The notes beneath the pieces are model-generated. The model made no database searches, had not been told where the DNA came from, and was given only the letters and a program-made list of their open reading frames with translations. Both the position numbers and the translations under genes were made by a program. Source: Dehalococcoidia bacterium (GTDB lineage: Bacteria; Chloroflexota; Dehalococcoidia; Lucifugimonadales; UBA3495). From it: a stretch of DNA of 64,000 bases. How positions within the stretch are numbered: position 1 is the stretch's first letter; each line of letters begins with the position of its first letter. Positions 54,722 to 64,000 of this stretch are shown here, in pieces. Where the stretch lies: assembly GCA_965204905.1 (NCBI GenBank), contig OZ242042.1:2392483-2456482 (forward strand), given 5' to 3'.

Positions 54722-56407
54722 TCAGGCGGGAACGCCCAGTTGTTCGGCTTCCTGCTCGGCAACGGCGGCATCCAGCTTGGTGTACAGAGCCGACGGGTTG
54801 CGCAACGGCGCGCCGGGCTTGATGCTTGCGACCAGCGCGTCGAAGTCCCACGGCTCAGCCGATACCTCGCCGTCGAACCCCAAGAACTCGTGGAGCTTCT
54901 GGCTGGTGAAGGGCAGGTACGGCGCGAGCATCACCTTGAGGCAGTTCAGCACCTGGATCGCCGTGCCCAGCGAACGGGCAGCGTCGGCCCGGTCGGTCTT
55001 GATGGACTGCCAGGGCGCGCGGGAGTCCAGGTACCGGTTGGATTCCTGAGCCAGCGCGAAGGCGCGGCTGATGCCGGCGCGGAACCTGGTGTGATACAGG
55101 CTGCTGTCCACATCGGCCATTGCCTGCCGTGCGGATTCCAGCAGCGCGACTTCAGCGTCTTCAGGCGGCGCGGGTTCCACCGGCACCTGCCCGTCGAAGT
55201 TGCGATAGGTGAATCGGAGCACGCGATTGACTAGGTTGCCGTAGGTGGCGACCAGCTCATCGTTGTTGCGGCGGACGAACTCGTTCCAGCTGAAATCGGT
55301 ATCGCCGGTTTCCGGCATGTTGATGGACAGCATATAGCGCAGGGGGTCAGGGTCGTAGCGATCCAGGTAATCCGGGACCCACAGCGCCCAGTTCTGGCTG
55401 GTGGAAAACTTGCGGTTTTCCAGGCTGAGAAACTCGTTGGCCGGCACGTCGTAGGGCAGGTTCAGGCCGCCGTAGGCCATAATCATGGCCGGCCAGATGA
55501 TGCTGTGGAAGGGAATGTTGTCCTTGCCAATGAAGTAGTACGCCTTGGTGTCGGCGTCCTTCCAGAAGTCCTCCCAGGCGTCGGGTCTGCCGCTGCGCTC
55601 CGCCCACTCCACGGCGGCGGACAGGTAGCCGATCACCGCCTCGAACCAGACGTAGATGCGCTTACCTTCGTAACCTTCCATCGGGAGCGGAACGCCCCAC
55701 GTCAAGTCGCGGGATATGGCGCGGTCTTTCAAACCGCCTTGGAGGAATCCGCGGGTGGAGTTGGCGACGTTGGGGCGCCAGAACTCCTTGTCGCCGATCC
55801 AGTCCAGCAGGGGCTGCTCGAAAGCGGACAGGCGCAGGAAGAAGTGCTCGGAATCGCGGAAATCGGGCGTCTCGTTGCAGATACTGCACCTGGGTTCAAC
55901 GAGATCTATCGGGTCGAGAGTGTGGCCGCAGTTATCGCACTGGTCGCCCCGGGCGCGCTCGTTGCGGCAGTGGGGACACGTGCCTTCAACGTAGCGGTCG
56001 GGCAGGAAACGGGAGCAGCCGTCGCAGTGGGCCAGCAGCATCGTGTCCGCGTAGATGTAATCCTGTTCCTGGAGGCGTCGGAAGATGTCCTGCACAACGC
56101 GCTGGTGGTTCTCGGTGTGCGTCGTGGTGAACAGGTCGAAGGTGATGCCCAAACGCTGCCAGGTATCGAGGAACTGGGCGTGATAGCGGTCCAGGATCAC
56201 GCTGGGTTCAACGCCTTCCTGGTCGGCCCGTATCGTAATGGGGGTTCCGTGGGCATCCGAACCGGATACCATCAGCACCTCGTTGCCCTTCATGCGATGG
56301 TAACGGGCAAAAATATCGGCGGCCAAATAGCAGCCGGCGATATGTCCCATGTGCAGGGGGCCGTTGGCGTAGGGCCAGGCAACGCCAATGAAAATTCGCT
56401 CAGGCAA
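54722..56407 (-). CDS. metG: methionine--tRNA ligase
   Basis: PYANGPLHMGH (HIGH), a zinc knuckle CPHC..CDNCG, and KFSTS (KMSKS variant). TTG start with a GAGGAGG SD. Confidence 0.9.
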   Translation of the reverse strand: MPERIFIGVAWPYANGPLHMGHIAGCYLAADIFARYHRMKGNEVLMVSGSDAHGTPITIRADQEGVEPSVILDRYHAQFLDTWQRLGITFDLFTTTHTENHQRVVQDIFRRLQEQDYIYADTMLLAHCDGCSRFLPDRYVEGTCPHCRNERARGDQCDNCGHTLDPIDLVEPRCSICNETPDFRDSEHFFLRLSAFEQPLLDWIGDKEFWRPNVANSTRGFLQGGLKDRAISRDLTWGVPLPMEGYEGKRIYVWFEAVIGYLSAAVEWAERSGRPDAWEDFWKDADTKAYYFIGKDNIPFHSIIWPAMIMAYGGLNLPYDVPANEFLSLENRKFSTSQNWALWVPDYLDRYDPDPLRYMLSINMPETGDTDFSWNEFVRRNNDELVATYGNLVNRVLRFTYRNFDGQVPVEPAPPEDAEVALLESARQAMADVDSSLYHTRFRAGISRAFALAQESNRYLDSRAPWQSIKTDRADAARSLGTAIQVLNCLKVMLAPYLPFTSQKLHEFLGFDGEVSAEPWDFDALVASIKPGAPLRNPSALYTKLDAAVAEQEAEQLGVPA

Positions 56408-56554
56408 GGGTACCCCTCCTCTAAACTCACCGCAGCCGGATCGCCAGTTATTCTAGCATAACGCGTAATCCGTAAGTATGATAACGGCAGACGAGGTTTC
56501 CGGTTTAGCCGCGTCTGCGGCGTGCCGATTACAACTAAATTTTGATCCAGTGGG

Positions 56555-57316
56555 GTGAGGATGAGCCAGCAATACGACGGACCACCTGATTTGCCCGTGG
56601 ATGGAGCATCCTTCGCCTTTCCGGAAAGAGAACGCGAGGCCGTTTACCGAGCAATCTATCAACGCCGGGACATCCGCAATTTTCGACCAGACCCGATATC
56701 GGACGGGACGCTGGCGCGCATCATCCATGCGGCGCATCGGGGGCCGTCAGTGGGGTTCATGCAACCCTGGGACTTCATCCTGGTGCGGGATGCTGAACGC
56801 CGCCGCCAGGTGAAGGACCTATTCGACCGTGAACGCACCGCCGCCGCGTGCTTCTTCGACGAACCGCGTCGCTCGGCGTACCTGTCGCTGAAGCTGGAAG
56901 GGATCGAGGAAGCCCCGGTCAATCTCTGCGTCACCTGCGACCCCACTCGCGCCGACGTGGTGCTGGGGCGCAACTCCATGCCCGAAACCGATGTGTATTC
57001 CACCTGTTGCGCCGTGCAGAACCTTTGGCTGGCCGCGCGCAGCGAGGGCGTCGGAGTCGGGTGGGTCAGCATCCTGAAGCTCCCGCAACTGCGCGGAATA
57101 TTGGGCATCCCGCCGCACATCATTCCGGTGGCCTACCTGTGCCTGGGGTACCCGGTAGAATTTCCCGGCGAGCCCGGTCTGCAAACCGCCGGCTGGCGCA
57201 ACCGGCTGCCGATAGACCAACTTGTCCACACGGACGACTGGCACAACCCGGTTGGCGACGAGGGACTGAGCAAGTATCTCGAAGCGTTGGACGCGGAGGG
57301 TGGGCCGGCGCAGTAG
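56555..57316 (+). CDS. bluB: 5,6-dimethylbenzimidazole synthase (nitroreductase-fold)
   Basis: VYRAIYQRRDIRNFRPDPI and GPSVGFMQPWDFILV are the BluB-specific patterns. The ATG at 56561 is an alternative start. Confidence 0.8.
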   Translation: MRMSQQYDGPPDLPVDGASFAFPEREREAVYRAIYQRRDIRNFRPDPISDGTLARIIHAAHRGPSVGFMQPWDFILVRDAERRRQVKDLFDRERTAAACFFDEPRRSAYLSLKLEGIEEAPVNLCVTCDPTRADVVLGRNSMPETDVYSTCCAVQNLWLAARSEGVGVGWVSILKLPQLRGILGIPPHIIPVAYLCLGYPVEFPGEPGLQTAGWRNRLPIDQLVHTDDWHNPVGDEGLSKYLEALDAEGGPAQ

Positions 57317-57430
57317 GCTGGGTAAATCTCCAGTCTGTTGACAAGCATAAGGGGCATCGCCAAAATTGCCGCAACCGGCCGGAGTCGCTGGCCGGTTTTC
57401 GCTTTCCTGAGCGGCAGTAAGAGGTGTTTC

Positions 57431-57634
57431 ATGGCAGATTTGACCGATTCTGAAGTGTTGGCGCTGGCCAAGGCATCAAACATCACCATCCCGAACGACC
57501 TGATTTCAGAGGTGCGCGAGTCGTTGAACGGCTTGCTGGAGGCTTTGGAAGCCATCCAGGAACCGGATGTCGCCGACATTCAACCGCTGCCGATCATCGT
57601 GTCTGCAACAGCGCGGAAGCAGGAGGCCTCATAA
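57431..57634 (+). CDS. GatC/AtzG-like small amidase partner subunit
   Basis: 67 aa reading LTDSEVLALAKASNITIPNDLISEVRESLNGLLEAL, which is GatC-like. It abuts the amidase ATG. Confidence 0.5.
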   Translation: MADLTDSEVLALAKASNITIPNDLISEVRESLNGLLEALEAIQEPDVADIQPLPIIVSATARKQEAS

Positions 57635-59055
57635 TGGCAGACAATAATCTATGCTACCTGTCGGCGACGGAGTTGGGCGAGAAAATCGCGGCCGGCGAGA
57701 TTTCGTCGGTGGACGCGACCGAAGCGTATCTTGACCGGATCGCCCAGCTTGACGGGAACTACGCCTCATACATCACGGTCACGGCGGAGCGGGCGCGGGA
57801 GGATGCGCGGAGGGCCGACGCCGAGTTGGCGGCCGGCAACCGACGCGGGCCCCTGCACGGCGTTCCGGTGGCAGTGAAGGACCAGTTCGATACCGCAGGT
57901 ATCCTCACCACCAACGGTTCCACCATCCTGGGGGAGAATATCCCCGACACCGATGCAACGATCATGGCCCGGCTCAAGGAAGCAGGTGCCGTGCTGCTGG
58001 GCAAGCTGAACATGAGCGAGTACGCCAGCGGAGACGCCTTCCGGCATCCCTACGGACGGCCGCGCAACCCGTGGGACACGCGGCGCAACCCGGGCACGTC
58101 CAGCAGCGGTTCCGGCGCGGCAACGGCGGCGTTCCTGTGCGCCACATCGCTGGGTGAGGACACCGGCGGGAGCATTCGTGGGCCGGCGTCGTTTTGCGGG
58201 TTGGTGGGAATACGGCCCACGCTGGGACTGGTGAGCCGCCACGGCGTGTTCGGAGCCAGTTGGTCAATGGACACCGCCGGGCCGATTTCACGGACGGTGA
58301 CCGACTGCGCGCATACGCTGGCGGCCATCGCCGGCCATGATCCCAACGACCCGCAGACGTGGGACGTTACGGTGCCTGACTACGCCGCCGCCCTGGATGG
58401 CAACATCCGAGGGTTGAAGCTAGGCATCGTTACTGAGCGGGTGCATACGGACGCCAACGATCCCGAGGTGCGGGATGCCGTGATCGCCGCGACGAAGGTC
58501 CTCGAGGGTCTGGGCTCCGAGGTGAGCGACGTTTCCCTACCCCTGATCGTTAATTCGTCCGAGATCTCCTACGCTATCATCAGCAGCGACGCTGCGATGC
58601 TGAACTGGGACATCATTTCTACGGAACGGCTCCGCGATTTGGACCACAACAACCAGGTGCGCCTGCTCATGGGCAGCGTGATTCCAGCCACGGCGTACCA
58701 GAAAGCGATGCGATTGCGGGATGCCCTGCGCCAGCAGATCCTGGCCGCGCTGGAAGAGGTCGATGCGCTCATCATGCCGGCGTCTTCGGTCCCGGCTACG
58801 CTGATTCCCGAGTCCACAGGTCTGGGGACAAAAGCCGACGTGATCGCAGGCTTCAAGGGACGGCGGGGTTTCACCGCACCATTCAACCTTGCCAACCTGC
58901 CGGCGCTGTCCATCAATTGCGGCTTCACAGCATCGGGATTGCCCATCGGCTTGCAGATTGCGGGGCGGGCTTTTGACGAAACGACGCTGTTCCGCCTGGC
59001 CTACGCTTACGAGCAAGCCACTGATTGGGGAGAGCGACTGCCTCCGGGAGTATAG
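57634..59055 (+). CDS. amidase (amidase-signature family, GatA/AtzE-like)
   Basis: GPLHGVPVAVKDQF and the Gly/Ser-rich signature GTSSSGSGAATAA...GEDTGGSIRGPA. Confidence 0.85.
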   Translation: MADNNLCYLSATELGEKIAAGEISSVDATEAYLDRIAQLDGNYASYITVTAERAREDARRADAELAAGNRRGPLHGVPVAVKDQFDTAGILTTNGSTILGENIPDTDATIMARLKEAGAVLLGKLNMSEYASGDAFRHPYGRPRNPWDTRRNPGTSSSGSGAATAAFLCATSLGEDTGGSIRGPASFCGLVGIRPTLGLVSRHGVFGASWSMDTAGPISRTVTDCAHTLAAIAGHDPNDPQTWDVTVPDYAAALDGNIRGLKLGIVTERVHTDANDPEVRDAVIAATKVLEGLGSEVSDVSLPLIVNSSEISYAIISSDAAMLNWDIISTERLRDLDHNNQVRLLMGSVIPATAYQKAMRLRDALRQQILAALEEVDALIMPASSVPATLIPESTGLGTKADVIAGFKGRRGFTAPFNLANLPALSINCGFTASGLPIGLQIAGRAFDETTLFRLAYAYEQATDWGERLPPGV

Positions 59056-59082
59056 CCAGCCGCAGCCATCATCAGGGGGGGA

Positions 59083-59478
59083 ATGATGAAGTACGTCAGA
59101 GCGGCGTTGAAGCTGGCAGCAGAAACTGCCCTCATCTCTACGGTCGGAAGTTTCTTCTGGATGGCCCTGGGCAGACAGGTGGTCACGCAGACCGTCGGCG
59201 GTGGTGTTGAAATCGCCGGCGGCGGGCTTACCTTCTGGCACTTCTTCGTCGGTATCGTCCAGCTCTATCTGCTGTACCGACTGATTCAATGGGTGATAGG
59301 GTTCATCGCCAAGAGGACGGCCAGGAAAGTGGACAGTGGACTGCGGGACGTTCGTGGTTACGGCGAAGTTCGGGACCGCATGGTCAACATCTTTGAGGAC
59401 AAGCCGCGGAGTGGCGGCGCGGCCCGATCATCGTCCAGGAACACGCCGGCTTCATATTTTCGGAATCGCGAGAGATAG
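59083..59478 (+). CDS. small membrane protein, unknown function
   Basis: Two or three hydrophobic helices followed by a basic tail. Located between the two amidase genes. Confidence 0.35.
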   Translation: MMKYVRAALKLAAETALISTVGSFFWMALGRQVVTQTVGGGVEIAGGGLTFWHFFVGIVQLYLLYRLIQWVIGFIAKRTARKVDSGLRDVRGYGEVRDRMVNIFEDKPRSGGAARSSSRNTPASYFRNRER

Positions 59479-59538
59479 AACTCGGGACAAATGCCCGACG
59501 AAAGGCAACAACCGAACCGGTCAAGGAGAACCTGCACG

Positions 59539-60888
59539 ATGCCCAACGCTCACGAACTGACGGCCGCAGAAGCGGCACACGCCATCGCCGAACGCCGCCT
59601 GACCGCAGTAGAACTGGCCGAGGCGTGCCTGGAACGGATTGATGCCCTGGACGACCGGCTCCGAGCCTGGGTTTATGTTGACCGGGAGACGGTCCTGGCG
59701 GACGCGATGGCGGCAGATGCAGCCGTATCCAATAACCGGACGCTGGGTCCGTTGCATGGCGTCCCCATCGGAATGAAGGATATTTACTACACGGCGGGCA
59801 TACCGACCCGCGCCGGCAGCGAAGTGTACAAAGACTTCGTGCCCGACTACGACGCCACCTCGCTGAAACTGCTGAAGCGGGCCGGGGCGATTATGTTAGG
59901 CAAGGCGGTTACCACGGAATTTGCCTGCCTGGATCCCTCGCCCACGTTCAACCCGTGGAACGCGGCCCACACTCCCGGGGGTAGCAGCAGCGGCTCCGCG
60001 GTGGCGGTCGCCTCGCGGATGTGTCCGGCAGCGCTGGGGTCGCAGACGGTTGGATCGGTGTTGCGTCCGGCCGCCTACAATGGCGTAGTAGGATTCAAGC
60101 CGACCTTCGGACGAGTCAGCCGATATGGTGTGGTCCCCGTAAGCTGGAACCTGGACACGGTGGGCTGGCTGGCGCGTTCCGTAGAAGACGCGGCGTTGCT
60201 CCTACAGGTCACAGCCGGCCCGGACGGACAAGACCCGGTGTCGTCCCGCGAGCCGGTGGGGGATTACCTGTCGGCGATCCAAGACCCGCCGGCGCCGCGC
60301 ATCGGGCTGCTGCGCCGGTATTTCTACGAAAAGGCGGACACTGAGACCCGGCGACATTTGGACGGCATCGCGGAACTGTTGGCGCAATCCGGCGCGGAGA
60401 TCGAAGAACTGCCCATGCCGGACAGCATTGAGTCCGCGTTTGAGGACCAGATGTTGATTATGTCGGTAGAAGCCGCCGCGTTCCACGAGCCGATGTACCG
60501 AGAGCAGGCGGAGGACTATCAACCGAAATTGCGGGCGATGCTGGCAGCCGGGTTGCAGGTGGATGGGATCACCTATACCCGCGCGTTGGAGAGGCGGCGG
60601 GAATTCATCGATGACATGCAGCAGCTTTCGGAACGGTGCGACGTTTTGTTGACGCCGGCTACTCCCGCGCCTTCCCAAGCCGACCGGACGAATACGGGCA
60701 ACCCGGCGTTTCAGGGGCCGTGGACTTCCTGCGGCTTGCCGGCGATTGCCCTGCCATCGGGCCTGGCAGAATCGGGTTTGCCGCTGGGGATCCAGATGGT
60801 GGCGTCGCCATTCGCAGAAGCGAGGCTGTTGGCGGCGGCGAAGTGGTGCGAGGAAGTGCTGGGGGTGGAGTTGAACCCGCCCGTGTAA
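59539..60888 (+). CDS. amidase (amidase-signature family), second copy
   Basis: GPLHGVPIGMKDIY and GGSSSGSAVAVA...GSQTVGSVLRPA. The ATG at 59539 has an AAGGAGA SD. Confidence 0.85.
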   Translation: MPNAHELTAAEAAHAIAERRLTAVELAEACLERIDALDDRLRAWVYVDRETVLADAMAADAAVSNNRTLGPLHGVPIGMKDIYYTAGIPTRAGSEVYKDFVPDYDATSLKLLKRAGAIMLGKAVTTEFACLDPSPTFNPWNAAHTPGGSSSGSAVAVASRMCPAALGSQTVGSVLRPAAYNGVVGFKPTFGRVSRYGVVPVSWNLDTVGWLARSVEDAALLLQVTAGPDGQDPVSSREPVGDYLSAIQDPPAPRIGLLRRYFYEKADTETRRHLDGIAELLAQSGAEIEELPMPDSIESAFEDQMLIMSVEAAAFHEPMYREQAEDYQPKLRAMLAAGLQVDGITYTRALERRREFIDDMQQLSERCDVLLTPATPAPSQADRTNTGNPAFQGPWTSCGLPAIALPSGLAESGLPLGIQMVASPFAEARLLAAAKWCEEVLGVELNPPV

Positions 60889-61005
60889 CGAACCCAAGGC
60901 ATGACTGCGCGGCGTCCCGGTGTAACCTTCAATGGGGCGCTGGTACTGCTGGGGACATTTGGTGTAGGATGACGCAGCGCAATCGCATTTGAGGAGTTCA
61001 CAGAG

Positions 61006-62280
61006 ATGACTACTACCCGACCCCGCCGGCTGGCCCGGCAGGTTTCCATTGTAGGCGCCGGCCTTTCCCAGTTTGGCGCGTATCCCGACAAGTCCAGTCG
61101 CGATTTGTTCGTCGAAGCTTTCCAGGACCTCCAGGGGACCATCGACACCGGCATCTCTGCAACCGACATTGAAGCCGGCTACCTGGGCAACTATTCCGCC
61201 GACTTGTTCGAGCACCAGGGACACACGGCTCCGATCATGGCCGATTGGCTGGGGATGACCCCGACGCCGATCACGCGGGTGGAGAACGCCTGCGCCAGCA
61301 GCGGTTCCGCCTTGCGCGAGGGCGTGATGGCAATTGCCAGCGGGATGTACGACGTGGTGCTGGTGGGCGGCGTGGAGAAAATGACCTCGCTGCCCACCGA
61401 GGGCGTGACCGACGTGCTGGCGTCCGCCGCTGACGGGCTGTACGAAGTGCCGGCCGGCCTGACCTTTCCCGGCATATTCGGCGCCATCGCCAAGGCCCAC
61501 ATGGATCGCTACGAAACAAACCTGGACCACTTGCTGAAAGTGGGCGTCAAAAACCACGAGAACGGCAAGTTGAATCCCAAAGCGCAGTTCCAGGTCACCA
61601 TCAAAGACATGATGGACCGGCGCAAAGCCCGCGCGGAACAGCGGGGCGAATCTGTGCCGGAGTGGGCGGACGAGTTGGACTTCCTCAACGACGCCCGGGC
61701 CAACCCATGGATCGCCTGGCCACTGCGCCTATACGACTGCGCTCCTATCACTGACGGTGCATCTTGCGTGCTGCTGGTTGCCAGCGATATTGCCGAGCAA
61801 TTTACCGACAAGCCCATCCGCATCGCCGGCATCGGCCAGGCTACCGGCCGACCGCTGCACGACGCGGACGAGTTGACTTCGTTGTCCGCCGCGAAGATCG
61901 CGTCGGCGCAGGCTTACGAAATGGCCGGCGTTGGGCCGGAGCAGATCGGCGTCGCCGAGGTCCATGACTGTTTCACCATCGCTGAGATCGTGGCCAGCGA
62001 AGACCTGGGGTTCTTCGCACCGGGCGAAGGGCCTCACGCGGTGGACGAGGGACGCACGGCGCGCACCGGTGATCGGCCCATTAACACCAGCGGCGGGTTG
62101 AAAGCCAAGGGGCACCCCGTGGGCGCAAGCGGCGTGGCCCAGGTGATCGAGGTGTACAAGCAACTGCGCGGCGAGGCCGGCGAACGCCAGTTGGACAACC
62201 CCAACCTCGAATTCGGGTTGACGCACAACGTGGGCGGCACCGGCGGCACTTGCGTAGTCAACGTGCTGCAACGCGGTTAG
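61006..62280 (+). CDS. thiolase-like protein (SCP-x/nonspecific lipid-transfer-type thiolase)
   Basis: Active-site NACASSGSALREG and the C-terminal HDCFT..GGLKAKGHPVGASG pattern. Confidence 0.8.
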   Translation: MTTTRPRRLARQVSIVGAGLSQFGAYPDKSSRDLFVEAFQDLQGTIDTGISATDIEAGYLGNYSADLFEHQGHTAPIMADWLGMTPTPITRVENACASSGSALREGVMAIASGMYDVVLVGGVEKMTSLPTEGVTDVLASAADGLYEVPAGLTFPGIFGAIAKAHMDRYETNLDHLLKVGVKNHENGKLNPKAQFQVTIKDMMDRRKARAEQRGESVPEWADELDFLNDARANPWIAWPLRLYDCAPITDGASCVLLVASDIAEQFTDKPIRIAGIGQATGRPLHDADELTSLSAAKIASAQAYEMAGVGPEQIGVAEVHDCFTIAEIVASEDLGFFAPGEGPHAVDEGRTARTGDRPINTSGGLKAKGHPVGASGVAQVIEVYKQLRGEAGERQLDNPNLEFGLTHNVGGTGGTCVVNVLQRG

Positions 62281-62291
62281 GAGGTCATCCC

Positions 62292-62711
62292 ATGAGCGCC
62301 GACGCCGCATCCCGTCCGTTCAATGCCGCATCCTTCTATGAATTCCTCAAGGAAGGTAAGTTCATGGGCGTGCGCTGCCGTGAGAACGGCAACGTGTACG
62401 CCGAGGCGCGGCCGATCGATCCCGTCAGCCATAGCAACGATATGGAGTGGCACGAATTGAGCGGTCGCGCGACCCTGAGCACTTTCACCTGCATCTCCGT
62501 GGCGCCGGCTTCGCTGGAAGCAAAGGGCTACGGGCGAAACAATCCGTACTGCACGGGCATCGTGACGCTGGAAGAAGGCCCGCGTATATCCGCGAGAATC
62601 GCCGGCGTTGACGCCAGCAATCCGCAAAACATCCGCACCGGGATGGCTCTGCAATTGGATCTCAGCGAGATCGATCCCGAAGAACCCGGTTTGGTGTTCC
62701 GACCGGCCTGA
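62292..62711 (+). CDS. DUF35 OB-fold/zinc-ribbon protein (thiolase partner)
   Basis: Size, position immediately after the thiolase, and an AGGAGG SD support the call. OB-fold-like TFTCISV...TGIVTLEEGPRISARI. Confidence 0.7.
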   Translation: MSADAASRPFNAASFYEFLKEGKFMGVRCRENGNVYAEARPIDPVSHSNDMEWHELSGRATLSTFTCISVAPASLEAKGYGRNNPYCTGIVTLEEGPRISARIAGVDASNPQNIRTGMALQLDLSEIDPEEPGLVFRPA

Positions 62712-62730
62712 CCGCGTTATCGCGCCGAAG

Positions 62731-62763
62731 AACGGGCGGGGGTTATTCCCCGCCCGTTTTTTT
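62731..62763. terminator. rho-independent terminator between convergent genes
   Basis: AACGGGCGGGG-GTTATT-CCCCGCCCGTT, an 11-bp GC-rich stem followed by a T-run (TTTTTTT) on the plus strand. Confidence 0.75.
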
Positions 62764-62764
62764 G

Positions 62765-63277
62765 CTACGCTCGGCCCGCCTGCTTGCAGACGTGGCATGC
62801 GGTGTCGTACCAGGCGTAGGAGGTATTGGACGACTGGTACAGGTCAAACAGCCCAACGTCCCGGTACTTCCGGCACACGAAACAGAGTTGCGTGTATTGA
62901 GGGTCGAGTTGCGCAGGCAGGCCCTTTTCCGCGTTGATGAAGACCTTACGGATCTGGAGCTTGGAAAACGGGAGATGCTGGAGGATGCGTTCCTGGATCA
63001 TCAACTTGAAGGCGTCGCTGCCCGACATGGGCCGGTACAGCAACAACTGTTCATCCTCCGGTTGACGTTCGTACACATACTCGATGTAGTTATCCACGGC
63101 TTCGTATAGCGCGGAAACCACGTCCTCGTAGGAATCGCCAATGGCCGGAACGTCGATTTCGACGCAGAATCCTTCCCAAGTTTCCGGATTGGACTGAGTC
63201 TTCTTGATATAGCAGGTGAGCTTCCGCGGTCTGGCTTGCATCGCCAACTCCGAAGCGAGCGCGGGGAGTCGCCGCAA
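62765..63277 (-). CDS. HicB-like N-terminal domain + C-terminal CxxC..CxxC zinc-ribbon protein, paralog 1
   Basis: KLTCYIKKT..WEGFCVEIDVPAIGDSYEDVVSALYEAVDNYIEY is a UPF0150/HicB-like pattern. The C-terminus is CFVCRKY...CHVCK. It shows about 60% identity by eye to the adjacent gene. Confidence 0.5.
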   Translation of the reverse strand: MRRLPALASELAMQARPRKLTCYIKKTQSNPETWEGFCVEIDVPAIGDSYEDVVSALYEAVDNYIEYVYERQPEDEQLLLYRPMSGSDAFKLMIQERILQHLPFSKLQIRKVFINAEKGLPAQLDPQYTQLCFVCRKYRDVGLFDLYQSSNTSYAWYDTACHVCKQAGRA

Positions 63278-63303
63278 AGGGTCAGGTCGTCATGGAGACG
63301 AGA

Positions 63304-63825
63304 TCAGGCCACGCCGGCCCCTTTGCAGATGTTGCAGGTTTTGTCGTACCACACATATGCGGAGTTGGGTTCGTGGAAAACTTCAAACTCGCCGATGCTG
63401 CGGTATTTCTTGCACGCCAGGCACAGTTCCGTGTAGTTCGGATCCAGTTGAATCGGAATGCCTTTCTCGGCGCTGAGGAAAATTTTTCGCACCTGCCGTT
63501 TGGAGAACGGAAGTCGTTGAAGGATACGTTCTTCGAACTGTAGCTTCCAAACGTCTGCCTTGGGCATCGGGCGATAGAGCAGCCGCTGCTCGTCGTCAGG
63601 TTGGTTCTGGTACACGTAGTCGATGTAGTTATCCACGGCCTGATACATCATGGCGGCCACTTCTTCATACGTATCCCCGACCGCGGGGATATCCAGTTCC
63701 ACGCAGAAGGCTTCCCACATATCGGGGCTGGAACGGGTTCTCTTGATGTAGCAAGTAAGTTGTCTGGGCTGAGTATTCACGGCTGCTCCTCGGGCGGCGC
63801 TGAGGACGCCGCCCTGGTCAGTCAC
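63304..63825 (-). CDS. HicB-like N-terminal domain + C-terminal CxxC..CxxC zinc-ribbon protein, paralog 2
   Basis: QLTCYIKRT..WEAFCVELDIPAVGDTYEEVAAMMYQAVDNYIDY. The C-terminus is CLACKKY...CNICK. Confidence 0.5.
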   Translation of the reverse strand: MTDQGGVLSAARGAAVNTQPRQLTCYIKRTRSSPDMWEAFCVELDIPAVGDTYEEVAAMMYQAVDNYIDYVYQNQPDDEQRLLYRPMPKADVWKLQFEERILQRLPFSKRQVRKIFLSAEKGIPIQLDPNYTELCLACKKYRSIGEFEVFHEPNSAYVWYDKTCNICKGAGVA

Positions 63826-63861
63826 GATTGGTGAGGGTACGCTGTGGGGAGGATCTAAAGG

Positions 63862-64000
63862 CTAGTCGAGGCCCCGAGTGCCAACCCAGCCGGTTTCGGA
63901 AACGTCGATCATTTCCCCATTGGGGCCTTCATATTTCGTTTCGACGTTCTGGGTACGGGGGCCGGTCATCCCAGCATGCAAGGCGTGATTGACTTCATCC
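63862..64000 (-). CDS. 3' end of an unidentified gene (5' part outside window)
   Basis: The minus-strand frame is open to the window edge and ends in TAG at 63864..63862. The translation is ...DEVNHALHAGMTGPRTQNVETKYEGPNGEMIDVSETGWVGTRGLD. Confidence 0.3.
   Translation of the reverse strand, partial: DEVNHALHAGMTGPRTQNVETKYEGPNGEMIDVSETGWVGTRGLD

Noticed and set aside
56408-56554. Possible cobalamin riboswitch upstream of bluB
   Set aside because: The divergent intergenic region is only 147 nt. It contains a hairpin (GCAGACG...CGTCTGC, 56487-56518), but I could not find a B12-box-like element or the conserved core. I treat it as an ordinary promoter region.

Overview
High-GC bacterial chromosomal segment. 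Spot counts are about 40 G+C per 60-nt line in backbone genes. Coding is dense on both strands, with many 1-4 nt stop/start overlaps.

Backbone: housekeeping operons (hom-thrC-folE; rpsF-ssb-rpsR; pth; tyrA-aroA-gmk-lipA; polyprenyl synthase-metG; bluB) are interleaved with an expanded acyl-CoA and amide catabolic set. That set includes four family-III CoA-transferase paralogs, a crotonase, an SDR, a MaoC-like hydratase, an LLM monooxygenase, an HpcH aldolase, a TPP enzyme, thiolase plus DUF35, and two amidases. This gene content resembles SAR202-type Chloroflexota, but that is inference only.

No rRNA, tRNA, CRISPR array or transposase was recognised.

The backbone is interrupted by short lower-GC islets carrying conflict-type genes:
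1. A retron-type reverse transcriptase fused to a C-terminal Mrr-like PD-(D/E)xK nuclease, preceded by a promoter and a candidate msr-msd RNA (25.6-27.6 kb). This is the best candidate for a novel system.
2. A translationally coupled type II methyltransferase-endonuclease pair (33.5-36.0 kb).
3. An uncharacterised two-gene cassette whose second gene has an in-frame TGA (52.36-53.69 kb).
4. A VapBC-like pair next to a retropepsin-like protease and an unknown gene (19.99-21.74 kb).

Other notable items:
- A TlpA-like thioredoxin-fold lipoprotein whose CxxC is encoded as UGA-P-Y-C, with a SECIS-like hairpin (probable selenoprotein).
- A 945-bp intergenic region packed with palindromic repeat elements.
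- A 26-nt motif repeated upstream of two genes at the same spacing.
- Tandem HicB-like/zinc-ribbon paralogs.
- Low-complexity extensions on all three proteins of the rpsF-ssb-rpsR operon.
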